A DNA stretch of 64,000 bases, taken from positions 171,742,001 to 171,806,000 of the forward strand of contig CM059425.1 of assembly GCA_030390025.1 (NCBI GenBank). Direction: 5' to 3'. The DNA comes from Squalus acanthias (lineage: Eukaryota). The notes under the pieces are model-generated. The model was not told the origin of the DNA. It saw only the letters and a program-made list of their open reading frames with translations, and made no database searches. Made by a program: the position numbers and the translations under genes. Every line of letters starts with the position of its first letter. Position 1 is the first letter of the stretch. Shown here one piece after another: positions 27,041 to 37,591 of the stretch.

Positions 27041-27210
27041 GTTTATAGCCTCCTGCTTTCTTTTTGGGCATTTAATATGCAAACCCAATTTTTTATTTTT
27101 ATATATTAGTTTAACTCCCATAGCATTGCAGACAGGGAGTCAAAACTGAATTCGATATTCAGGGCAAGCAGGGTTAAAGGGCTGATCAATAGCTGGACCA
27201 AGGTGCAAGG

Positions 27211-27302
27211 GGGAAGAGAGAGAGAGAGAGAAGAGAGAGGAAAGGAAGAGAGGGAGCGGATGGTAAATGAGGAAAAAGAAATTAGAAGGGAAAGGGGAGG
27301 AG
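27211..27302. repeat. GA-rich simple repeat
   Basis: (AG)n followed by a purine-rich run. Confidence 0.7.
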
Positions 27303-28061
27303 GGCGACAGGTGATGTTAATGGGAGGTTCAGGTTTTGTTGCTTAGTTTGGAAGATCACCAACACTGCTGGATATTGAGGGAAGGAGGGCTCCATACATT
27401 AATGGGGTGGGTGAGAAACTTGTTAACAGGTTTGTTCTCATTAAGCAGGAACAATGATAGATGAATTTTGGAAGAAACCTTACACTCGTTTCTTCATCGT
27501 GGTTTCAACTCAACAGGCAGCACAGACTCCAAGGATAATGGCTACCGCCTAGGGATAGAACCGGAGCACATTGAAGGGTGGTGTACGTCGGGCAACTCTG
27601 GGAACATCTATCACAAAGGCATAGATAGCAGGGTAGGAGTCGGGCTGTGGAAGAAAAAAAGAAAAAATATAGGGTTCACCCTCTCTGTGGAGGCCGAGGG
27701 GGGGAGGGGGGGGGTGTAAGGATGATTATTGGGACTCTTTGCAGGAGCTTCAGACCAGAGACAGATCTGAATGCTGACTTGCAGGCTTTACATCTAGGAA
27801 GTGAAACACAGCAGGTCAAGGCCTCTCTTGGGGCAAGGATGTAAATTACCTGACGCTGATGTTGCAGGTGGGTCGCGATACTGAAATAAAAGTTAGCACG
27901 AACTGTAGTTAGACAGTTTTAAAACTAGGTGTTCTTTTTCTCTCAGGGGTTGATGTGGAGGGTCAAAGTGAGACTTGGCTCTTGAAGTGCTCATTGCTGC
28001 AATGACACCCAGTGGTCAGGATGTACAATTGCAAGGATATTTCAACAGCCAGCTTGAGTAA

Positions 28062-28500
28062 AAAAAGACTTGCATTTATATAGCATCTATCACAACCTCA
28101 GGACGTCCCAAAGCACTTTACAGCGAGCCAAGTACTTTTGAAGTGTAGTCACTGTTGTAACGTAGGAAACGTGGCAGCCAAATTGTGCACACCAAGGTCT
28201 CACAAACGGCAAGGTGATAATGACCAGATAATATGTTTTGGTGATGTTGGTTGAGGGATAAATATTGTCCATGACACCGGGGAGAACTCCCCAGCTCTTC
28301 TTCAAAATAATGCCATGGGATCTTTTACATCCACCTGAAGGGGGCAGACAGGGCCTCGGTTTAATATCACATCCGAAAGACGGCACCTCCGACAGTGCAG
28401 CACTCCCTCAGTACTGCACTGGAGTGTCAGCCTAGATTTGGTGCTCAAGTCTCTGGAATCTTCTGACTCAGAGGCGAGAGTGCGAGCACTGAGCCACAGC
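28062..28500 (-). mobile_element. DeuSINE copy with B-box region deleted
   Basis: Collinear with 16795-17258 but lacks the GGACTTGAACCCACAA segment at ~28458. Confidence 0.85.
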
Positions 28501-28884
28501 ATGTTATGTTGCACGATTACTGCAATTAACTATCTCAGTGCCACCCATGAGCATAACAGGTACTGCATAAAATGTTGTGACCCACCTACCATTTTTTAGA
28601 TAATACATAATATAGATATACATACAGCTACATACACTGTCACAATTTTTGAGTTTTTATGCCAGATATTCTCTCGGAATTAACGCCACCCATCACTCCC
28701 CTCAAGGAGACTTTGCATCTTCTACGATCTGGAGTGTACTGTTTTCTGCACAATATTAAGTTAAGTGGTAGTCTAACTTTGGGATTATAATAGCGGGCCC
28801 TTACTCCATATAACCGGCTACTGAAATAATACATGTACCACCATGTGAATTCACCACTCTACAATTTTAAAAGGTCAACTGGTT

Positions 28885-28992
28885 TCTTTCACACATGAGC
28901 GGGGGAGCAGGACGAACTGGATTGCTCTTTGAAAGAGCCGTTGCAGACTCGATGGGCCGAATGGCCTCCTTCTGTGCTGTACTCTTCTATGA
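28885..28992 (+). mobile_element. CR1 3' UTR fragment
   Basis: CTCGATGGGCCGAATGGCCTCCTTCTGTGCTGTACTCTTCTATG. Confidence 0.65.
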
Positions 28993-29559
28993 AATGTGCA
29001 GCTGAGAACAATCTGTTGTGAAAAATAATGACACAATTTACGAGCCCTCTAAGCATTGAATCAGCTTTTCTATCGTAACGTTTTGAAGGAAATCTGGTTC
29101 AGATTAAAAAATATCGACAGCTTTCTGCTCCTGCAGCAACATTACAGACCATTCTGTGTTCACGAGGTGGGGGGGGAGAGAAAAGAGGAAGAACATGCAC
29201 ACGAACAACTCTGCCCCTTTCCTCTGTCTATGAGATGGTGGCTTGGCTCACCAAGCAGTCATTCAGTTACTGCCTTGAGGTTGCAACCAATCTCTTTGAT
29301 ATTTGAGCATAACACACCAAAAGGATAGGTTTTCATCTCATGGCAATAATTGTTACGATTCCAAAGTTATGCTATCAGTTAACTAGATATTGGGCAGAAA
29401 ACAGTGCACTCCAGATCATAGAAGATGCAAGGTCTGCTTATGGGAGTGATCGGAGATGCTAATCCCGAGAGAATATCTAGCATGAAAACAAAAAAAATTG
29501 TGACTAATTCTTCCCAATCTGCGAATGGAATAACTAACTGTGCTGTTCAATAATGTTCA

Positions 29560-30185
29560 CCAACTGACATAAGGCTAACTGGTCAACAATTGCCTGGTTT
29601 ATCTCTTTCCCACTTTGTGTACAGAGGTTTAATATTTCTCAGCCTCCAATCATTTGAAACAATTTCCATTTCTAATGAATTTTGAAAAACTACAGTTAGC
29701 TCCTCCACTGCTTTCTCACTAACCTCCTCGCGTATTCTTGGATGCATAGCATCTGGTGTTGGACATACCATTTTTTTTGTACTCTCAATCGTTTCATAAC
29801 AATTTCCTTACATTGTATTTATTGATGCAAATACCTTTGGTTGCACTTCAATTTCCTTATACACAAGCTTTTGAAAACTTCTTTTGTTCTCCTCTATTAA
29901 TGGTGAAGCAAAGTATTCATAAAATAACTCTGCCATTTCATTATCAACCATAATAATCTCACATGCCCAATTTGAGGGACCCCAGCCTCCTCTTCATGAT
30001 TCTCTTTTTTTTTTAACGTGTTTATTGAAATCTTCACTATTTCCTTTTATGTTGGCTGCAAGTTTTTTCATTCTCTCTTATCTCCCCTTACATTACCCCT
30101 TTGTTTCTATTTATGAATTGCAGTATTTCTCCCAGCTTTAGTTCTGTTGTTTGTTTCTTTTAGCCTTTATTTTCAGCCTAAACAG
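29560..30185 (-). mobile_element. Old degraded CR1 ORF2 fragment
   Basis: ORF 29583-29771 PDAMHPRI...VFQNSLEMEIVSNDWR...DKPGN. Confidence 0.65.
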
Positions 30186-31483
30186 ACGATTCATCCATGG
30201 ACCAATGAACCTAGATACGGCCCCTTATTCCCTCATTAGTGAGTATGCACAATATTGGGCTTGGCTGTGACACCCCGACAGTCAAAATACTTCCCAAAAC
30301 TCTCCCATTAAGAATGGCCACCTGGTGCCCATGGAAATATACAAGACATTGAAGAGGGGAAGGCAGAGAAGAAAAAAGGTGCATTTTTGCTTCAATTATT
30401 CTTTCCGCCACCAATTTAAAAATTCTAAAATCATGTGCAAGAATGTAAACTCTGAAAAGTACAAACATCTGACAAAATGCTGTACCGATACAATCAGCTT
30501 TTAAAAGCTGGGAGAAGATTCTGCTGACACCAAGGAGGTTTAGACTCATTCTATGGCATACTTTCCACCAGATACAGGCAAAATTCAGCTGATTTTTCAA
30601 CCAAAGCAAATTTTCCTTTTGTTTCTGATTAAAGGAGCCCTTGCAGAATAATCTCGATTCCCCAGTTAGCAGCCAGTGCACCTTTGCTGGCAGGAACTCA
30701 TAACCAAGCTCATACTACTTACCCTGGTATCCTGAACACCAGCCTATTTGAAAGGGGTACGATTCCAATATAAACACTTGTCTCCATTTCTAACATATTT
30801 AAAAGCATTTCAGTGATGCACAACAGTATCTTGAAGCAGTGTCTGCAATCCTAGCACAGCGAGAGGAGACTGGAAATTCTATTTCAATTGAAATTTCAAT
30901 CAGAATTTTTTTTAAATGAAACAATAATTTAGACAAATGCATGTGTGAGCAATGTGAAACAACACTCCATAGTACCGGCAAGTTTAAATTGGTTTTACCA
31001 GCACCTGAAAGCAGTTTTAGACAGCAGGTTATGAAGTTAAAGATCAGAAATGCACAGAACCAAAAACATTCCTGAATTCACTGTGTCCTGTAAATAAACT
31101 GAAACAAACTGCTATCTTGTTATGTTTTGGATTTCAGTGTGGTAACAACTGCTTCCTTCCTTAAAGGGTTAACATTACAACTTGCTGGCCCTGTCATCCA
31201 TTTAGCTTAATTAGCACTGCAAACAGACATGGCATTATAATACCACAAGATCACTAATTAAAGACTCAATAACTTGAAAAAGATGGTCCACTATGAAATG
31301 CTTGCGTCCTGTATGTTGCGAGTTTGTCTGTAAATACAAACTAAGAAATATGAATCAACAATGTTTCAGAAAGACAATAATGCTGTTGAAGAAAGGCTTC
31401 AAACTAGGTGACTGTATTTGAATTTATATTAGCTGGTCTTCCTATGCAGATGAGAAGATTCACACCATTCATTTCAAACTTAC

Positions 31484-31570
31484 TGATGTGTATGTTCCCA
31501 TAGTGTTGCTCATGGTGAGTCGAACAATGTGGAAGCATGTAACTTGGTTTTACAGAGGTGGAATGTGTGC
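31484..31570 (-). other. Candidate 87-nt symmetric exon of an unidentified host transcript
   Basis: Pyrimidine-rich acceptor CCCTTCCCCTTTCACAAACCCATCCTCATAG and donor TCA|GTAAGT; one open frame (THSTSVKPSYMLPHCSTHHEQHYGNIHI); no recognised homology. Confidence 0.3.
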
Positions 31571-31970
31571 CTATGAGGATGGGTTTGTGAAAGGGGAAGG
31601 GTTCCAGATATAAAATAGAAAAGATGTGCTTTTTAAATTGATTCTTGTAAAATTTCAGCCATACTAGATGCTTTGTGAGCTTCAGTCACACCAAATTCAA
31701 AGCATTCAAATAGATATGTATGGCCCACATTTACGCAATAGAGCTTTACCATATTAGTTGCACATAGCCGTTCCAATCAAACATCCTCAAAACTGCTTAC
31801 ATATACAACTCTTATTCTGCTCTTCGTTTAATCAGTTTAATGGCAAATTGATTAGAAAAGCCACCAAAAGCAATTAATTTAGATATTTCTCAAATTTGAT
31901 TGCATAGGGCAAGATGTTTTTTATCTGTCTCTCTAATTTGTATTTTATGGCACAACTGCCAGCTCCAGGT

Positions 31971-32099
31971 CAATGTTCCCTCTAATTCACGGTCCCTTTA
32001 AATTTGCTGTGCAGTATCTTTCAGCAGCAGCAGCCGGTGAATGGCCTGCACGGGATGTCCCGAATGGTGTGCGACCGGGCACCTTAAGGGGGAACATTG
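31971..32099. mobile_element. 129-bp hAT-like MITE
   Basis: TIRs CAATGTTCCCTCTAA / TTAAGGGGGAACATTG; internally related (reverse strand) to 57264-57434; TSD decayed. Confidence 0.7.
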
Positions 32100-33047
32100 C
32101 TCTCGTTATAATATCATCTCCATTTCACCAGGACTTGGGATACATACACACTATAGTCCTTCCCAGTAAAATAAATTAATTTTAGAATAGACTTCAATAC
32201 AGGGTCCCTAAAATTATGGAGTACAAACATTTCATTTAAGGCGAATATGAAATCGCACTTTTGTTTGGGGAGGGAGGAGGGTACCATAATACAGAACTTC
32301 TAGACATTACCTCAAATTTCATAATTACCTGTAAACTATAAATCAGTGAAGTGCATTATAAACAGTGCGTATTTAACAGTCTGTAATCATTACAAATAAC
32401 ATTTTGCTGAGGACAAAATGTCTTCATGGGGAGATAATAGCTTAAGAGCTCATAATGATAAGTAGCAGCGTTCCACACATGCTAATGATAAATGGTTATT
32501 AGAAAAACGAGACTGGTCATCATCTCAACAGTGCTCATCCAGCTAAAATAAAATAAACCAGCTACACTCAGTCTTTAATCTGCATTAATTTGCTCTAATT
32601 GCTGACCACAAGTCTAGGAATGACTATGCAACCGACATAATTCACTTTAATGGGCGGAAATCTCTCAGCAGCCTTCCTATTGCAGCCAATATTGTCTTTT
32701 ATATAAAATTTTTAAGACAGTTTTGTATTTTGCATATATAAAAAGGCCAAGTTTTTTGGGAGAGGTTACTTCAAAATGAAGGATAAGAAATGATGAAATA
32801 TTTAATAGCAGTAATTTTCTCTTCTTATGGTTTCATAATCTGTGAGCCTCTTTACTCGTGTTCTTTCCTCATAACACCAGACTCGAATTGGATTAGAACC
32901 GTGCAGAAAATAATACGAGGATTACCAGTCATGTCAGCAATCTATTGTGAATGTATATTGATTTCCACAGCTTTACCCCCAGAAAGCTTCTGTGTATTAA
33001 AAAAGTAACAATTAACTTTATAATTAAAATGCATTGGGAGTGCAGCA

Positions 33048-33198
33048 AGTACAATAAACACTGCCAATGCATGAAGTAATACAATACATACTCCTTCTAT
33101 GAAATAAATACAACACACTGCCAATCAATGAAATAAATACACTACATACTACCAATTCATGAAATAAATACAATACATACTCCGAATCCACAAAATAA
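33048..33198. repeat. AT-rich ~30-bp tandem repeat, about 5 degenerate copies
   Basis: Unit approximately ATGAAATAAATACAATACATACTACCAATTC. Confidence 0.75.
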
Positions 33199-33199
33199 T

Positions 33200-33962
33200 G
33201 GGCCAGATTTTGCTGAAAAATATCATTTGAACAACTTGCTTAATTTGCAAATCAGCCAGCAACTTTTAGTGAGGAAGAGATACCCCATGAATTGTGAATC
33301 ACAAGTTTCTGGACGATTTGCCCCGCTCTGCCATTAGCTTTGCGAAAACGGCATCTCGCGTTTAACCATCCCATGAGTTTCATGAAGTTGCTGCATTTGC
33401 ACATTAATTGCCCATTAAACACACCACTGAAAGTTAAGTCTTGTAATTAACAGCACAAGTACCCTTTTAAGAACGGATAATTGTTAATGACTGCCAATCA
33501 ACCTCTCTTGCCCAGAAAGTGAACAATTAAAAGTGTGGAGTCTCATTCCTTCCGGTTATGAATTGTTTTAGGAGAATTTAAAAATGTCACATTTTAAATA
33601 TTTTTTTCTTACTTTTCCTTTCTATCTTTTCTCTCTCTCGCTCTTAATTCAATCCTTCTTTCCCTCTCTTTATTTATCTTTCTGTACCAGATTTGATATT
33701 GAATTCACCCACTCTAATCCACACTCCTTCTCAGTCCTTCCACGATTTATTTCTCAATACTTTAATTTCATTGGTTAAGGAGATACACTGTTTGTTCCAT
33801 TGTTCACCAAGGTCCCAGATGTCCTGTTGCCCTTGTTGCACTGTTATAAGCTCGCACTTCCAGCAACTTACAGGGCAAAACATTTTAAAACCTAAACGTG
33901 CAAGAACAAGTCTAACGAACGGGGCTTGCTGTGAGACGCCCCACTCCAGCAAAATCTGGCCC
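33200..33962. mobile_element. 763-bp non-autonomous Harbinger-like element
   Basis: Perfect 16-bp TIR GGGCCAGATTTTGCTG; AT/pyrimidine-rich core; TSD not clean. Confidence 0.8.
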
Positions 33963-34825
33963 CAAAATTTTTTATTTTCACATGCAGTTACTGAATGCAT
34001 ATGGCACAATGGGCGTCAGTTTCCAACGTCATGCTGTCAGAAGGCAGCCATGCCTGCCAGAAGCTCATATTAAAAAATTCAAATGTGCAGTGCACATGAT
34101 TTTCCAACCATTAACTTAACTGGTTGGAAAATCATGCAAGCACTCGGCTGAAATTCTCTGACCTACACTCCTAGTGGGCGAGAGTCGCCATCGGAAGCAT
34201 GAAGGCAGAAAATTACCACAAATATTTCAGATGATATTAGGCTATATGCACTCTAACATAGTCAGGCACATGAGCGCTGATAGCACAAGGGACACTGTGT
34301 CCCAGTACATAGAAGAATGTCCCTGTCAAAAGGAGAAACGTGTTTTTTTGCACACAAGCATATGGCAAATATTGCTTTTCGATTACACTGCTATTGTAGT
34401 ACCCAACCTCAAAATGCCCAAAAAACAAGTACGTGATTCAGCTAAACTGACAATTTACTAAAATGGCTTCTGGACTGCTCAGAGAAATAAAACTTATCTC
34501 GGAAAATCTCAGTGGCCATTTTAATAAGGTTCCAGCCTGGCTGAGTCATTCAAATCAACTTACAGTTTTATTTTCTATTTAGGAGATTGAAAGCTTGCCC
34601 TGTTGCATGCTCATCCTGCATGCCTGGTGCCTGCCTTGCCCTTGTTGGTACAGAGACCCACTCAGGACAAGCCACATAGGCCGAGAAGGACAGCCAACCC
34701 TAGTCGGCTGGACTAAATGAAATCCATTTTAAAATATTTTTCTTCAGTGAACGCAGGCAGATAGTAATTTTTCCATGCAGCTATCCAACAATAAAAAAAG
34801 GGCACAACTATAGTTTCCTACAACA

Positions 34826-37212
34826 ATGTCATGGAACCAACCAGGGAACAGGCTGTTTTAGATCTTGTATTGTGTAATGAGACAGGGTTAATTAGCAATC
34901 TCATAGTAAAAGATCCTCTGGGGCAGAGTGATCATAATATGATAGAATTTCACATTAATTGAGAGAGTGACTTGCCTCGGTCCGAAACGAGAGTCTTAAA
35001 CTTAAATAAAGCCAATTACATAGGAATGAGGGGCGAGTTGGCTAAGGTAGATTGGAAAAATAGATTAAAAGGTATGGCAGTAGATAAGCAATGGCTAGCA
35101 TTTAAAGAATTATTTCACAATTCTCAACAAAAATACATTCCATTGAGAAACAAAAACTCCGCGGGAAAAGTGATCCAACCGTGGCTAACTAAAGAAGTTA
35201 AGGATAGCATTAGATTGAAAGAAGAAGCTTATAACGTTGCAAAGAATAATAGTAAGCCTGAGGATTGGGAGTTTCAGAAACCAGCAAAGGTTGACCAAAA
35301 AATTGATAAAAAGGGAAAAAATAGAATGAGAGAAAACTAGCAAGAAATATAAAAGCAGATTGTAAGAGTTTCTATGAGTATGTAAAAAGGAAGAAAGTAG
35401 CAAAAGTAAACGTTGGTCCCTTAGAGGCTGAGACAGGAGAAATTATTATGAGGAATAAGGAAATGGCAGAAACGTTAAACAAATATTTTGTATCTGTCTT
35501 CACAGTAGAAGACACATAAAGCATACCAAAAATGGTGGGGAACCAAGGGCCTAATGAGGGTGAGGAACTTAACGTAATTAATATAAGTAGAGAAAAAGTA
35601 CTGGAGAAACTAATGGGACTAAAAGCCAACAAATCACCTGGACCTGACGGCCTGCATCCTAGGGTTCTAAAAAAGGTGGCTGAAGAGATAGTGGATGCAT
35701 TGGTTTTGATCTTCCAAAATTCCCTAGATTCTAGAATGGTCCCAGCGGATTGGACGGTCGCAAATGTAACACCGCTATTCAAGAAAGGAGAGAGAGAAAA
35801 AAAACAGGGAACTACAGGCCAGTTAGCCTGAAATCAGTCATCAGGAAAATGCTGGAATCCATTGTTAAGGAATTGGTATCAAGTCATGTAGAAAATCATA
35901 ATATGATTAGGCAGAGTCAACATGGTTTTATGAAAGGGAAATCGTGTTTGACAAATTTATTAGAGTTTTTTGAGGAAGTAACTAGCAAGGTAGATAAAGG
36001 GGAACCAGTAGATGTAGTATATTTGGATTTCCAAAAGACATTCGATAAGGTGCCACATAAAAGGTGATTACACAAGATTAGGGCTCATGGGGTTGGGGGT
36101 AATATAGTAGCATCGATAGAGGATTGGTTAACAGACAGAAAACAGAGAGTAGGGATAAACAGATCTTTTTCAGGTTGGCAGGCTGTAACTAGTAGGGTGC
36201 GGCAAGAATCAGTGTTCGGGCCTCAGCTATTTACAATCTATATTAATGACCTAGATGAAGAGACCGAGTGTAATGTATCCAAGTTTGCTGATGATACAAA
36301 GCTAGGCAGGACAGTAAGCTGTGAGGAGAACACAAAGAATCTGCAAAGGGATATAGATAGACTAAGTGAGTGGGCAGTAAGGTGGCAGATGGAGTATAAT
36401 GTAGGGAAATGTGAGGTTATTCACTTTGGTAGGAAGAATAGAAAAACAGAATATTTTTTAAATGGTGAGAAATTTCAAATGCTGGTATTCAGAGAGATTT
36501 GGGTGTCCTCATGCAAGAAACACAGAAAGAAAGCATGCAGGTACAGCAAGCAATAAGGAAGGCAAATTACATGTTGGCCTTTATTGCAAGGGGGTTGGAG
36601 TATAAGAGTGAGGAAGTCTTGCTACAATTGTGCAGGGCTTTGGTGAGACCACACCTGAAGTACTATGCACAGTTTTGGTCTCCTTATCTAAGGAAGGATA
36701 TACTTGCCTTGGAGGCGGTGCAACAAAGTTTCACTAGATTGATTCCTGGCATGAGAGGGCAGTCCTATGATGAGAGATTGTGTAGAATGGGCCTATACTC
36801 TCTGGAGTTTAGAAGAATGAGAGGTGATCTCATTGAAACATACAAGATTCTGAAGGGGATTGACAGGGTAGATGCTGAGAGGTTGTTTCCCCTGGCTGGA
36901 GTGTCTAGAACTAGGGGGCATAGTCTCAGGATAAGGGGTAGGCCATTTAAGACTGAGATGAGGAGGAATTTCTTCACTCAGAGGGTTGTGAATCTTTGGA
37001 ATTCGCTGCCTTAGAGGGCTGTGAATGCTGAGTCTTTGAGTATATTCAAGGCTGAGACAGATAGATTTTTGGACTCTAGGGGAATCAAGGGATATGGTGA
37101 TCGGGCGGGAAAGTGGAGTTGAGGTCGATGATCAGCCATGATCTTATTGAATGGCGGAGCAGGCTCGAGGGGCCGTATGGCCTACTCCTGCTCTTATTTC
37201 TTATGTTCTTAT
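34826..37212 (+). mobile_element. CR1 LINE ORF2 from the end of the endonuclease to the 3' tail, multiply frameshifted
   Basis: EPTREQAVLDLVL...GQSDHNMIEF, KSPGPDGLHPRVL, YLDFQK, FADD, FFTQRVVNLWNSLP; TTCTTATGTTCTTAT tail. Confidence 0.95.
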
Positions 37213-37379
37213 ATTCCACGAAAATCTGTAGATGTAAATGATGAGCCCAGAATATTGCACTAAATGTTAGCTAAACAATACTAGTTATTTCTACTCACTG
37301 GAACTATTAACAACTGCTTAATATTACAGGAGAAACAAAATAATTGAGATAAATGACTCATTATTACATTCACAGGACT

Positions 37380-37573
37380 TGTCGTAAGAATGAGCCTTAC
37401 GCGTGGTGAACTTAAAGTAAGCTTTAATCAACTAAAAAGGTGCTACATACAAAAGAGGTCTTACTCTATGCCTCTCCAGGATCCAACTGCTCAGTCCAGT
37501 ATTTATCCTGGACTAATCACAGGAAGTGATGCAATAAAGTTCGAGTCACAGGAAGCTGTATTGTGTTACCACA
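37380..37573 (-). repeat. 3' LTR
   Basis: TGTCGTAAG...TTACCACA; identical to 41613-41806 by eye. Confidence 0.97.
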
Positions 37574-37585
37574 TTCTCCCCCCCC
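37574..37585 (-). other. Polypurine tract
   Basis: GGGGGGGGAGAA immediately upstream of the 3' LTR on the minus strand. Confidence 0.9.
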
Positions 37586-37591
37586 AAAAGA

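Noticed and set aside
27300..27960. Possible old retroelement coding remnant
   Set aside because: No RT, endonuclease or transposase motif could be recovered in the frames I examined.
34237..34325. Strong minus-strand splice acceptor (TTTCTCCTTTTGACAG)
   Set aside because: No convincing donor, and all three frames stop within about 30 codons.
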